A stretch of 64,000 bases of DNA, taken from assembly GCA_963811165.1 (NCBI GenBank), contig CAWEQH010000010.1, positions 832,001-896,000 of the forward strand. The letters run 5' to 3'. Below the pieces are notes generated by a model. That model did not search any database and was not told the origin of the DNA. It saw only the letters and a list, made by a program, of their open reading frames with translations. This DNA is from an uncultured Nitrospiraceae bacterium. GTDB taxonomy: Bacteria; Nitrospirota; Thermodesulfovibrionia; Thermodesulfovibrionales; UBA6898. The translations under genes were made by a program, and so were the position numbers. Below, one piece after another: positions 10,645 to 20,941 of this stretch; the first letter of the stretch is position 1; each line of letters begins with the position of its first letter.

Positions 10645-11235
10645 TTATTCGGGCAAGTGAGGAGTGCACCTGATCACACGTCGGTCCGTAACGATCATGC
10701 CGACCTTTATATCATGAGATTCGGAAGGGACTAAATCGATTATCTGCTCCTCATATGCCGGGGCAACGACCGTGACATCACGGGTCAGGGATGAAAGAAG
10801 CCTGTCGTAGTACCCTCCGCCATAGCCGATCCTGTTGCCTTCGGCATCGAAACCGGCCCCCGGTATCACCACTACGTCGACACCGTTAATACCGGCCATT
10901 CTTTCGTCGGTAAGCACGGAGGGCTCGGGGATGCCCATATAGCCCGGAATCAGTTCCCCGATGTCCTTCACTTCGTAAAGAAGCAGACCACGCCTTTCCC
11001 TGTCCACTTTGGGAAACACCGCCCGTTTACCTTCATTGATAAGCCGTATCGCCATCCCGCGAGTATCTACTTCGGAGCGAAATGAGGCAAAGAGTAACAG
11101 CAATCCCGCGTGCCTAATTTCCTCTAACGGCAAGAGCCGCTCAAGTATCGACCTGTCTTTGGACTTCCTGACCTCAGGGGGAATCGAATCTCTTCTTTTT
11201 AGAAGTTCTTTCCTAAGTGATCCCTTATCGATCAT
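10645..11235 (-). CDS. 5-formyltetrahydrofolate cyclo-ligase
   Basis: SEVDT, GIPEP and PGAGFD..GNRIGYGGGYYDR. Confidence 0.95.
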   Translation of the reverse strand: MIDKGSLRKELLKRRDSIPPEVRKSKDRSILERLLPLEEIRHAGLLLLFASFRSEVDTRGMAIRLINEGKRAVFPKVDRERRGLLLYEVKDIGELIPGYMGIPEPSVLTDERMAGINGVDVVVIPGAGFDAEGNRIGYGGGYYDRLLSSLTRDVTVVAPAYEEQIIDLVPSESHDIKVGMIVTDRRVIRCTPHLPE

Positions 11236-11241
11236 AGGCGC

Positions 11242-12024
11242 TCATGAAGCATTCAGCACCTTCTCGATCGCCGATTTGATCTTCCTTATTTCGTCGACGG
11301 TGGCAGGGGAATGCAGGAAAGGAGAAGCCCCCTGAATATCGGCCTCCATCACGGAATCGCTTAAACTGATATGTCCTATGAGACCGACATCACCTATGCC
11401 GCCTTTGATAAATTCCACATCCTTGCCGCCCCTGACCTTATTGGCGACGACAAATACATTTTTTACCCCCAGCTCTTGCGCCATCTTTTTGACAACGCCT
11501 GCGGTCTGGATCGACCTCTGCCCCGGCTCGACCACAACGATAAAGGCGTCGACGGCACCTGCGGTCCCGCGCGTGAGGTGCTCTATCCCTGCCTCCATAT
11601 CGACGATCACCACTTCGTCTCTTTCGACAACAAGGTGCTTGAGCAGCCTCTTCAGGAAAACACTTTCCGGGCAGTAGCACCCGGACGCAGCGGCCTTTGT
11701 CTTCCCCATCACAAGCAGGGTCACTCCGTCGATCTTAAAGCCGAACCCTTCAGGCAGGTCGTCCACTTTGGGATTAAGTTTGAATATGCCCCCCATGCTG
11801 CCGGGCTTTGAGCCCGTCCGTTCCTCTATCAACTCCCCAAGCTCTGCTATCGGTCTTATCTTCCCTGCATCTGCCCTTGAGATACCGAGTGCAGACGCCA
11901 GGTTGGCGTCAGGATCGGCATCGACCGCGATGACCTTCTTGCCCTCCGAGGCAAAAAGGAAACTCAACACCGCAGAGAGCGTCGTCTTGCCTACTCCACC
12001 TTTTCCCGTCACAGCTATTTTCAT
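11242..12024 (-). CDS. cooC: CO dehydrogenase/ACS nickel-insertion ATPase CooC
   Basis: MKIAVTGKGGVGKTT, DADPDANL, GCYCP and DMEAGIEHL.RG. Confidence 0.92.
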   Translation of the reverse strand: MKIAVTGKGGVGKTTLSAVLSFLFASEGKKVIAVDADPDANLASALGISRADAGKIRPIAELGELIEERTGSKPGSMGGIFKLNPKVDDLPEGFGFKIDGVTLLVMGKTKAAASGCYCPESVFLKRLLKHLVVERDEVVIVDMEAGIEHLTRGTAGAVDAFIVVVEPGQRSIQTAGVVKKMAQELGVKNVFVVANKVRGGKDVEFIKGGIGDVGLIGHISLSDSVMEADIQGASPFLHSPATVDEIRKIKSAIEKVLNAS

Positions 12025-12147
12025 ATCACAATTATCCTTTCTTTTATATACTTTACCATATTCATACCTCATTACTCCTTATTGATCAGCGGATATATCA
12101 CCGCGTTTCAAAAGACAGGCAAGGGCAGACTTAAGCATGTAAACCGA

Positions 12148-13461
12148 TTATACCTCAGTAATCCAGCCCCTGCCCTGGGCTGAAGCGCCTTTCTTCATTG
12201 CAGCCAAAAAAGTCGATCGCAATGCATCGCTCATCAACGCCCGCTTTACCGGGGGGAGGCGCAGAAATCCTCCGATAAAGCCCCGCATAAACTTATGCTT
12301 CGCGCTCCGGGGATTATCAAAGAGCTGGTTCTGGATCGTCCCCCTTTCAAGGCACTGTAGCATAATGCGTTCAAATGTCGTCTCAGGCGTAATGATCCGC
12401 TTCTTCCGGCGGACGAGGGCCAATGCCTTGCTCTTACACTGCAGCGCACAAACCCCACAGCCCAAGCAGATAGCTTCGTCGGTAACCGGCCTCTTCTTTC
12501 TTTTTGATCCGGGGTCATCGTCTTTAACCATGATCCTGGCGTCTATGGGACAGGCACGGGCGCATTGGCCGCAGCCCGTACACCTTTCGCTGTCAGTTTC
12601 CGGAAGGAAGTTGGCGGTGATGACGATGTTGGTATACCCCCATCTCTTCATGCCGACGAGAAGATGACAGCAATCGCTGCAGCAGTGGCAGAGGTAGGCG
12701 GGGTTTCTCCTCACATTATCTATATTGAGCACCAGACCGAGTTCTTTGGAGCGGGAGACGTTATCCTGCATTTCAGATTTCGACACCTTCCTGGCAAGGC
12801 CGCGCCGCGAAAGGAATTCTGCGGCTATGCCGAATGAGGAGCAGGTATCGAGAGGGACCTTGCAGGTCTTTGTCCCGGCGTGCGTGGCGGTATGCCTGCA
12901 TGAGCAGGTGCCGATAGCGAAACTGGTTTGTTCCTCGATGATCGCCGAGGCCCGCTCGTAGTCGACGATCTCGACATAGTCCTCCCGATCAATCATCTCC
13001 TCGTGCGGAATGGTCCTCAGGAGGCCGACCTTCTCCCCATGGGCGTAGTTCGCCGCGAGAAAATCCGGCTGCGTGAGCATATAGTCATGAAAAAGCCTGC
13101 TGATCTTCTTCCAGTCCTGGTCCGGGACGGTCCTCATCATCGTCATTTCAAATATCCCAATTACCAGGGGGGCCGGCATATAGTGGTAGGAACCGGACAG
13201 CCAAAAGTCCATGACCAGGCCCTTCGAGCAGAGGCTGTCCAGAAGATTGCGGAGATGTGCCTCGTTGTATTCCGTTATGGATCTCAGTCGGTCAAAGGGT
13301 GTCAGCGTGAAAGGCATCTTTACTATAAGATCCGCTTCATCCGGTGCGTAGAGTTCTTTTAAAATGGCATGGAGGGTCTCATTCCACGGCGCGCGAAAAG
13401 TCAGGCTATCTATCTTTGCGCCAAGCCTTCTGTGAATGTCTTTTCCCGCAGCGTGTCCCAT
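12148..13461 (-). CDS. 4Fe-4S dicluster-domain protein
   Basis: CSCRH, CHCCSDCC, CTGCGQCARACP and CLGCGVCALQC motifs. Confidence 0.85.
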   Translation of the reverse strand: MGHAAGKDIHRRLGAKIDSLTFRAPWNETLHAILKELYAPDEADLIVKMPFTLTPFDRLRSITEYNEAHLRNLLDSLCSKGLVMDFWLSGSYHYMPAPLVIGIFEMTMMRTVPDQDWKKISRLFHDYMLTQPDFLAANYAHGEKVGLLRTIPHEEMIDREDYVEIVDYERASAIIEEQTSFAIGTCSCRHTATHAGTKTCKVPLDTCSSFGIAAEFLSRRGLARKVSKSEMQDNVSRSKELGLVLNIDNVRRNPAYLCHCCSDCCHLLVGMKRWGYTNIVITANFLPETDSERCTGCGQCARACPIDARIMVKDDDPGSKRKKRPVTDEAICLGCGVCALQCKSKALALVRRKKRIITPETTFERIMLQCLERGTIQNQLFDNPRSAKHKFMRGFIGGFLRLPPVKRALMSDALRSTFLAAMKKGASAQGRGWITEV

Positions 13462-13567
13462 AATTAATATCATACCCAAATTGCAACTGAATGGTGTTAT
13501 GCTGATTCTCGATGCCCTCCTCATTACATCAAAGTGCTGGTAGAATAGAAATTATCAAGGAGGGACC

Positions 13568-13765
13568 ATGAAAAAATCAGAATTGACATTGCCGGAAATC
13601 GCCTTAATAGCCGGCACACGCGGAATGATCGGAGCGGGAGCCGGTCTGTTATTGGCAGACAGACTCAATGACGATCAGAGAAAGGCCATAGGGTGGACAC
13701 TGTTGATTATTGGAGCGATTAGTACAATACCATTGGCAATAGACGTTCTGAGCAAGAGGCGCTAG
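13568..13765 (+). CDS. Small hypothetical membrane protein
   Basis: Strong AGGAGG RBS; two hydrophobic segments. Confidence 0.7.
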   Translation: MKKSELTLPEIALIAGTRGMIGAGAGLLLADRLNDDQRKAIGWTLLIIGAISTIPLAIDVLSKRR

Positions 13766-13768
13766 TCA

Positions 13769-14395
13769 TTGAACACGGATAGCGAGTCCCATGCTGACTT
13801 CAGAAGCGAGTCCGGTCCGGATGAACTTCTTACTCAATATTCATATCTCTTCTCCGATGATCTGAAAGATCTTGGTAGTGGGTCGCCCCGCTACCAAGAT
13901 GATGGTAGTGTCCTTGGACGCTACCAGGATTATCCGATCCTTGATCTTGCCTCGGGAGACGGACATAACGGGATATTCCTTGCGTCAAAGGGCTTTTCAG
14001 TCGTTCTGGCAGACAGGTCGGAAGAGGCCCTCAGTCAGGCGAGGCTGAACGCGCAGGCGGCCGGGGTAACTGTACAATTCTGGCAGGTGGACCTCGAACA
14101 ACAAGGCGTCAATCCTTTGGAGGGTCTCTTCTTCAGCACAGTCCTTGTCTTCCGCTATCTCCACCGTCCCCTCATCCCCTTCATCGCGAAGTCTCTGAAA
14201 CAAGGCGGAATTCTCATGTATGAGACATTCACAACGGAACAGGCCCGATTCGGAAAGCCGAAAAACCCTGACCACCTCCTTAAAGCCGGGGAGCTTCTTT
14301 CATGGTTTCACGACTGGGAGGTGATATATACCTTTGAAGGGATCGTCGGCGCCCCGCCGAAAGCCATAGCCCAGCTTGTCTGCAGAAAGGCGTAG
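13769..14395 (+). CDS. Class I SAM-dependent methyltransferase (TehB-like)
   Basis: ILDLASGDGHNG, VFRYLHRPL and LKQGGILMYETF; start uncertain. Confidence 0.85.
   Translation: MNTDSESHADFRSESGPDELLTQYSYLFSDDLKDLGSGSPRYQDDGSVLGRYQDYPILDLASGDGHNGIFLASKGFSVVLADRSEEALSQARLNAQAAGVTVQFWQVDLEQQGVNPLEGLFFSTVLVFRYLHRPLIPFIAKSLKQGGILMYETFTTEQARFGKPKNPDHLLKAGELLSWFHDWEVIYTFEGIVGAPPKAIAQLVCRKA
13871..13930. repeat. Two tandem 30-nt REP-like hairpins inside the methyltransferase ORF
   Basis: CTTGGTAGTGGGTCGCCCCGCTACCAAGAT followed by GATGGTAGTGTCCTTGGACGCTACCAGGAT; each is self-complementary. Confidence 0.8.
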
Positions 14396-14568
14396 GGGGC
14401 GGATAGCGCTACTTATTCACCCAGATACTGCTTTCCTCCGCTTGCAGGCTCCTTGAGAAGTTGGCAGCCTGCAGAGTCTCGGGACATCTCTTGGCCTCTG
14501 ATACACAAACAGACAGAGTGGCTTTTTCTACAATTGACACTCTGTCCCTGGTTATTCGAAAATAACGC

Positions 14569-14979
14569 ATGAAGCTTCTGATGTTCTACACAAAAGAATG
14601 GTGGTATAAAACGGCATCCAAGACCATCGAGGACGTCCCTGATGCCGAGAAAGAGGAATCGATGAGAAATGCAGTCGTTATCTTCTTCCACTGCGAAGCG
14701 GAGGACGAGGGAAAGTATGACGGCGTCGTCCAGAAGTTTGTTAAGAATACGAAATGGCTCGCGGGCAAGTTCAACGTAAGAAATGTGGTGCTTCACTCTT
14801 TCAACCATCTGTCGACGAGCAAATCGTCGGCTGAGTTTGCAGGCAGTTTACTCGAAGAGGTTCGCCTGAGACTGGAAGGGGCTGGGTACAAAGTTATGCA
14901 AACCCCTTTCGGCTATTTCAACGAGTTCCGGATGCATGTTGCAGGCGACTCACTTGCAAAGGTATTTAAAGAATTCTGA
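14569..14979 (+). CDS. Free-standing archaeal-type threonyl-tRNA synthetase editing-domain protein
   Basis: MKLLMF, VVLHSFNHLS and TPFGYFNEF motifs of the Thr-synth_ED family. Confidence 0.8.
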   Translation: MKLLMFYTKEWWYKTASKTIEDVPDAEKEESMRNAVVIFFHCEAEDEGKYDGVVQKFVKNTKWLAGKFNVRNVVLHSFNHLSTSKSSAEFAGSLLEEVRLRLEGAGYKVMQTPFGYFNEFRMHVAGDSLAKVFKEF

Positions 14980-15321
14980 GGAATATGTTTTGTCACGTCT
15001 TTGCCTGCATTATCCCTGTCCCGACATTAACCATCCAATTTTTGAAGTGCACCTGATACACCTCACTCCGACTATATGATCGATTGCGTTGATTTCCTGT
15101 TGGAAGTGAGCGCCCGGTGTATGACTGATATCCGCCATCCTAAGTATCTTTCCAAGGCTATTTATTTCCTAAAATAACGGTTACAGCGCGATATTTTAGT
15201 CCGAAAAAGGTCATTGATTCCCCCTTAATGCCTTTGCAGCCATCTTCTAATTGAATTTTTCAGCGATAATCACAAACCGCTCGTGTGTGCCTTCGGAGAT
15301 TTTGTCTATTCCAAGACTCGA

Positions 15322-16200
15322 TCAAGAGACAGTTATTTTCATCCGCTTCCCTCGCCCTGAGAAGAGAGAGAAGGAGCCCGAAAACCGAAGAAGCCGCATG
15401 AAGTACTCCCTTGCGAGATCTTGGGCGACTGCATATATCTTCCTTTGCTCATCGTATGGCATTTGACTAACGCCCGAGTGGATGAGCTCATCGCGAAGGG
15501 TTTTTATGGCGCCGAGCTCAGGGTGCATGCCCACATCGTTGAACATCGCCATCAGCAGGCTCTCAAATGTCCATCGTTCATGAGATGTTTTCCGATAATA
15601 CCCTTTCTTATACTCATATCCCATGGATGATGCAAAGGTTGACTTCAGATTCTCAAAGAGGACGAACATTGTTAGGAGCTTGAGTTCTAGGGGCAAGAGA
15701 AGGACTTGACTTGAGACCAAGTAGTCGATGGCTACCCTGAGCTTTCGGCGCTCCTCAAGGTCAAAATAGGCAGGCCATGCCTTTTCAAGAAATTCTCGCA
15801 CAGCACTACCTCGCCCAATGTTTAGCATCGGAATAAAAAAACCCGTTCTTGCAATCACACTCCAGGCTTTGCCGCGCGGACGAGCACCATCATACTTCCA
15901 TCTGTACATTACCACCTGTGAACACGTAATCAGGGAAAGGAGGGTGGCAAGGCCGTGTACCTTCTCAACAACTGCGGGAATGCCCTTCGGGCCAACGTCA
16001 TGAACTACGACCTTCGTTGTCGAAACCGCTTCTCCCCGATAGTCAGCAGGATTCACACCAAGTATCTTCGGCCTCTGAATGATGCTAATGTCGTGCCCTG
16101 CAAAATGCAAGTCAATCTGATTAGGCCATCCCCTTACCGAGCCAGACGATAAATGTTCACCATAAATGAAACAATTCACCAGATATGCAGTGAAGCCCAT
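15322..16200 (-). CDS. Hypothetical protein with C-terminal HEPN-like RxxxxH motif
   Basis: 292-aa ORF; LKLL..FVLFE helix and LRDELIHSG; preceded by TGTTATAAT. Confidence 0.6.
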   Translation of the reverse strand: MGFTAYLVNCFIYGEHLSSGSVRGWPNQIDLHFAGHDISIIQRPKILGVNPADYRGEAVSTTKVVVHDVGPKGIPAVVEKVHGLATLLSLITCSQVVMYRWKYDGARPRGKAWSVIARTGFFIPMLNIGRGSAVREFLEKAWPAYFDLEERRKLRVAIDYLVSSQVLLLPLELKLLTMFVLFENLKSTFASSMGYEYKKGYYRKTSHERWTFESLLMAMFNDVGMHPELGAIKTLRDELIHSGVSQMPYDEQRKIYAVAQDLAREYFMRLLRFSGSFSLFSGRGKRMKITVS

Positions 16201-16642
16201 AAATCAAATTATAACAAGAAAAAACCTGGCCGCCTTCTTACAGCCCGAAAATAACGCTTCACTCAAAGCCCCTTGCATGTAAAAGCAGTGTGAGGTCAAA
16301 CCTTCATTCTTCATTCAACGACAGATGCGATAAAAGTGCGAGCATGTTGCGCCAGCCTGTGAAGATTTCTGCATGTACTCCGCAGTCGATTTAGACTTCT
16401 GGAAACTATAGGTTCCTGTGAGAATCTCACATCGGGAAAGCACTTGCATGCGCCCGTAGTATCCACAGCCGGAGGCATTTGTCTGCCGGCAACGTACTTA
16501 TGAGCCGAATGCAAAGGGACTGAATGGAGAATAAGTCTTCGGGAGGAAGCGTGAACGGTAGGCGCCTTTCTGGCTGCCTGCGTTCCTATTCCCAATCTCT
16601 ATCCGTTTGATTTTTCAATACTTTTTAGGGTATTATTCCTGC

Positions 16643-17839
16643 ATGGACGTCAAGAAACTCTTGGAAGAATCAGGCCAGTACCTGATGAATACCTATAACA
16701 GATTTCCCATCGTCCTGAGAAAAGGACGCGGGATGAAGGTCTGGAGCACCGACGGAAAGGAATACCTGGATTTCGTCGGCGGCATCGCGGTCAACTGTCT
16801 CGGCCACTGCCACCCAAAAGTCGTTGTCGCGATACAAAAACAGGCGCAGCGCTTGATCCATGTGTCCAATTATTATCATATAGAACCGCAAATCAAACTT
16901 GCGAAGCTCCTCGTTGAAAACTCCTTCGCGGATAAGGTATTTTTCTGCAACTCCGGCGCGGAGGCGAACGAAGCAGCAATAAAGCTGGCCCGCAGATACT
17001 TCAGGGAGCAGGTCGGCGTCAACAAGTTCGAGATCATCACCGCCTTCAATTCGTTCCATGGAAGGACGATGGCCACCATCTCGGCGACCGGTCAGGCAAA
17101 GTTCAAGGCGGGATTTGAGCCGCTCCTTCCGGGGTTTACTCATGTCGAATTCAACGACATAGATGCGGTAGACAAGGCGATAACGAAAGAGACCTGTGCG
17201 GTACTTATCGAGCCGATACAGGGTGAAGGCGGAGTAAAAATCCCCGACGCGGATTATCTGCGGGACCTGAGAGAGCTCTGCGACAGGCACGACATTCTCC
17301 TCATACTCGACGAGGTGCAGACAGGCATCGGCAGGACCGGTAAACTTTTCGCGTATGAACACTTCGGCATCAAACCCGATATTATCACCCTTGCGAAAGG
17401 TCTTGGCGGAGGGGTGCCGATAGGGGCCATGCTGGCAACCGATAAGGTCGCTGTGGGGTTCCAGCCGGGGACACATGCCTCTACCTTCGGCGGCAACCCG
17501 CTCGTATGCGCCGCAGCAGTCGTTACGATGGAAGTGCTCCTTGAAGACGGCTTCATACTGGACCAATGCAGGAGGATGGGCAAGTACCTGAAAAAGAGGC
17601 TCGATGAGATGAAAAAGGAGTTCCCCAGCGTCATTGCTGAGGTGCGCGGAATGGGTCTCCTGGTCGGTATGGAACTGACACGCGACGGCGCGCCGATCGT
17701 GAAGGCCTGTATGGACAGGGGACTCCTGATAAATTGCACCGCGGGAAATATATTGAGGTTTACGCCGCCGCTGATCGTGACCGAAAAAGAGATCGACCAT
17801 TTGATCGACGTTCTTGAGCAGACCATCGATCAAATGTAA
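16643..17839 (+). CDS. argD: Acetylornithine aminotransferase
   Basis: YLDFVGGIAVN.LGH, FCNSGAEANEAAIK, SFHGRT, DEVQTG.GRTG and AKGLGGG. Confidence 0.95.
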   Translation: MDVKKLLEESGQYLMNTYNRFPIVLRKGRGMKVWSTDGKEYLDFVGGIAVNCLGHCHPKVVVAIQKQAQRLIHVSNYYHIEPQIKLAKLLVENSFADKVFFCNSGAEANEAAIKLARRYFREQVGVNKFEIITAFNSFHGRTMATISATGQAKFKAGFEPLLPGFTHVEFNDIDAVDKAITKETCAVLIEPIQGEGGVKIPDADYLRDLRELCDRHDILLILDEVQTGIGRTGKLFAYEHFGIKPDIITLAKGLGGGVPIGAMLATDKVAVGFQPGTHASTFGGNPLVCAAAVVTMEVLLEDGFILDQCRRMGKYLKKRLDEMKKEFPSVIAEVRGMGLLVGMELTRDGAPIVKACMDRGLLINCTAGNILRFTPPLIVTEKEIDHLIDVLEQTIDQM

Positions 17840-17851
17840 CCGGGAGAAGGG

Positions 17852-18757
17852 ATGAAAAGAGACTTTCTTACATTACGGGACTTATCTTCGGATGAAATAG
17901 GAGAGCTTCTTACGCGCGCCCGCGACTTTAAGGCCGGGAAGGACGCCGCAAAATGTCCGCTCATCGGCCGGAGCCTGGGCTTGCTCTTTGAGAAGCCCTC
18001 GACGCGCACCCGCGTCTCCTTCGAGGCAGGCATCTATCAGCTCGGCGCCAACGCGATCACCATGAACCCCTCTGAACTGCAACTTGGAAGGGGGGAGACC
18101 CTGGCCGACACTGCAAAGACCCTCTCACGGTATCTGAGCGGGATCGTGATACGGACATTCGCACATTCTACGCTCGAACAGTTCTCCTCGAACGCTTCCA
18201 TCCCCGTCATCAATGGCTTAAGCGATCTTCACCACCCCTGCCAGATACTTGCGGATATGATGACGATAATCGAAAAAAAGGGCGGGCTGAGGGGCATTAA
18301 GGTCGCTTTTATAGGTGATGGGAATAATGTCTGCAATTCTATGATCGAGGCGGCCTCGCTGATGGAATTCAACCTCACCGTGGCCTGTCCCGAAGGGTTT
18401 GAACCCGATGCCGATATCCTCGAAAAGGCCAAGGCGTCCGCCGGGGGCGAGATCGTCATACTGCGCGATCCAAGAGAAGCGGCAGGGCTTGCCGACGTCG
18501 TGTATACCGACGTTTGGGTCAGCATGGGACAGGAGACGCATTCCGGGGAGAAGAAAAAGAGGCTCAAGGACTATCAGATCAACAGCAGACTGCTTGCCTG
18601 CTCGAAAAAAGACGCGATCGTTCTTCACTGTCTTCCGGCCCACAGGGGGGAAGAGATAACCGACGAAGTCATGGACGGTCCCCATAGCGCTGTCTTCGAC
18701 CAGGCCGAAAACAGGCTCCACGCCCAAAAGGCGCTGCTCGAATTGCTCATTAAATAA
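17852..18757 (+). CDS. argF: Ornithine carbamoyltransferase
   Basis: FEKPSTRTRVSF, HPCQ, YTDVWVSMG and HCLPAHRG. Confidence 0.97.
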   Translation: MKRDFLTLRDLSSDEIGELLTRARDFKAGKDAAKCPLIGRSLGLLFEKPSTRTRVSFEAGIYQLGANAITMNPSELQLGRGETLADTAKTLSRYLSGIVIRTFAHSTLEQFSSNASIPVINGLSDLHHPCQILADMMTIIEKKGGLRGIKVAFIGDGNNVCNSMIEAASLMEFNLTVACPEGFEPDADILEKAKASAGGEIVILRDPREAAGLADVVYTDVWVSMGQETHSGEKKKRLKDYQINSRLLACSKKDAIVLHCLPAHRGEEITDEVMDGPHSAVFDQAENRLHAQKALLELLIK

Positions 18758-18897
18758 ATATCTCTCCCATAAAGGTGACGAGACGCTTACGACAAGTCTG
18801 AAGCTTTTGCCCTGTATGATTCAGGGTCAGGTTATCGGCCTTCATTCTCGAAGGCGTTAGAAAAAAGGCGGAAATACAGTGGAGGTTTACGAATACA

Positions 18898-20553
18898 TTG
18901 GATAACATGCTTTCAGTCATACCTTTGGGAGGGCTTGAAGAAATCGGGATGAACATGACCGTCCTTGAGTACGGAGACGACATGGTCATCATCGATGCGG
19001 GGCTCATGTTCCCTGAAGAAGACATGCTAGGGATTGACTTCGTCATCCCCGACTTCACCTACATACTCGAAAACAGGGAAAAGGTGAGGGGCATCGTCCT
19101 TACGCACGGGCATGAGGACCACACCGGCGCCCTCCCCTTTCTTCTGAAGGAACTGAACGTCCCGGTCTACGGCACCCCGCTGACACTCGGGCTCGTAAGG
19201 GAAAAACTCCGCGAACATAACCTCGAACACGTGGAACTGAACTCCGTGCTCCCGAGGGAGGTGGTGACCCTCGGCGTCTTCGCCATCGAATTCATCCGCG
19301 TGACCCATAGCATCGTCGACGGTGTCGGCTTCGGCATAACGACACCAGTGGGAAGGATTGTGCATACAGGAGATTTCAAGCTCGACCCCACCCCTGTAGA
19401 CGGACAGCTTATGGACTTTCACAAGTTCTCAGAATACGGCGAAAACGGTACGGTACTTCTGATGTCCGACAGCACTAATGCAGAAAAAGGCGGTTACACT
19501 TTTTCAGAAAAAGAGGTGAGAAGGGCCTTCGAGGACGTCTTCTCATCGGCCAAAGGAAGGATAATAATCGCCACCTTCGCCTCGAACATCCATAGGATAC
19601 AGCAGGTGATCGACGTGGCGGTCATGTTCGGCAGAAAGGTGATCCTCTCGGGAAGGAGCCTCGTCGCAAATGCGCAGATCGCCCTCGACCTCGGCTATCT
19701 CAGGATACCCACGGACACATGGATGAAGCTCGATAACCTGAAAAACATGAAAGACGAAGAGGTCGTTATCATCACTACAGGAAGCCAGGGCGAGCCGATG
19801 AGCGTGCTTTCAAGGATCGCCACGGACGAGCACAAGTCGATCAAGGTAAAAGAAGGCGACGTCGTGATCCTCTCGGCCAAGATGATACCGGGGAATGAGC
19901 GGTCGATCGGCAGGATCATCAACCACCTCTTCAGGCGGGGCGCAGACGTGATCTATGAAAAGGTCTCGGAGATTCACGTCTCGGGCCATGCGTCGAAAGA
20001 GGAACTTAAGCTGATGCTGAATCTGGTGAAACCTAAGTACTTCATGCCTGTGCACGGCGAGTTCCGCCATAAGATATACCATGCGAGACTCGCTGAAAAG
20101 ACCGGGATACCGAAATCGAACATATTCATCCTCGACGACGGCGAAGTGCTCGAGATATCGGACGGCGGAGTCGTCAAGGGTGGCTCGGTCACATCAGGCA
20201 GGATCTACGTCGACGGCAAAGGCGTGGGAGACGTGGAAGACATGGTCCTGCGGGACAGGAGGAGACTTGCCCACGACGGCATAGTGCTCATACTCATCGG
20301 CATAGAGAAACTCACCGGAAATATCGTCTCCGGTCCGGACATCATGTCGCGGGGCTTCGTCTTCGAGGACGCGTCGCAGGAAACGATCAGCGACGTCAGG
20401 GAATTGGTCATCAACACCATGAAAGAACTCGACGCCGAAATCATCGCAGACAAGTCGCTCATCCAGGCCAAGATACGGTCCGTCCTGAAAAAATATCTCA
20501 GAAACACGATGGAGAGAAAACCGATGATCATGCCGATAATCTTTGAGGTGTAA
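18898..20553 (+). CDS. rnj: Ribonuclease J
   Basis: PLGGLEEIGMN, THGHEDH, HTGDFK, TGSQGEP and HVSGH. Confidence 0.96.
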   Translation: MDNMLSVIPLGGLEEIGMNMTVLEYGDDMVIIDAGLMFPEEDMLGIDFVIPDFTYILENREKVRGIVLTHGHEDHTGALPFLLKELNVPVYGTPLTLGLVREKLREHNLEHVELNSVLPREVVTLGVFAIEFIRVTHSIVDGVGFGITTPVGRIVHTGDFKLDPTPVDGQLMDFHKFSEYGENGTVLLMSDSTNAEKGGYTFSEKEVRRAFEDVFSSAKGRIIIATFASNIHRIQQVIDVAVMFGRKVILSGRSLVANAQIALDLGYLRIPTDTWMKLDNLKNMKDEEVVIITTGSQGEPMSVLSRIATDEHKSIKVKEGDVVILSAKMIPGNERSIGRIINHLFRRGADVIYEKVSEIHVSGHASKEELKLMLNLVKPKYFMPVHGEFRHKIYHARLAEKTGIPKSNIFILDDGEVLEISDGGVVKGGSVTSGRIYVDGKGVGDVEDMVLRDRRRLAHDGIVLILIGIEKLTGNIVSGPDIMSRGFVFEDASQETISDVRELVINTMKELDAEIIADKSLIQAKIRSVLKKYLRNTMERKPMIMPIIFEV

Positions 20554-20572
20554 CAGGAATGAGGGTAATATT

Positions 20573-20941
20573 GTGAAATATTGGTCTTTTAACACAGTTT
20601 GCTTGCTGCTTTATATAATTTTTCTTTACGGATGTGCATCTCAAATGTCTGTTGAAGATCGCAGCAGGGACTGGATAACCAGACCTTTGTCCGAGCTTAA
20701 GCAGGAAATGAAAAGGCCTGATTCGTATGCTTCAAAGATTGGATGGAAAGAGACTACCTATCCGCTTGCCAATGGCAATTTTGTCTATGTCGAACCAGTT
20801 AGCGTCGATTGTTCTGTTCATTGGAAAATTAGTCAAAGCGGTATAATTATCGGCTATCAGGCCAAAGGGACTGGTTGTAAGCAGGAGGGAGTATCTGATG
20901 ACTATAAAATGTCATCAAAGCGACAATCAAGTGGCTACTAA
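20573..20941 (+). CDS. Hypothetical lipoprotein
   Basis: Hydrophobic leader ending in the lipobox LYGC; GAGG RBS before GTG. Confidence 0.65.
   Translation: MKYWSFNTVCLLLYIIFLYGCASQMSVEDRSRDWITRPLSELKQEMKRPDSYASKIGWKETTYPLANGNFVYVEPVSVDCSVHWKISQSGIIIGYQAKGTGCKQEGVSDDYKMSSKRQSSGY

Noticed and set aside
11235..12150. 6S RNA near 5-formyl-THF cyclo-ligase
   Set aside because: cooC lies 6 bp upstream; there is no room and no zapA.
16670..17833. Long antisense ORFs (e.g. 387 aa opposite argD, 251 aa opposite the HD-GYP gene)
   Set aside because: Shadow frames of well-supported genes with no motifs.
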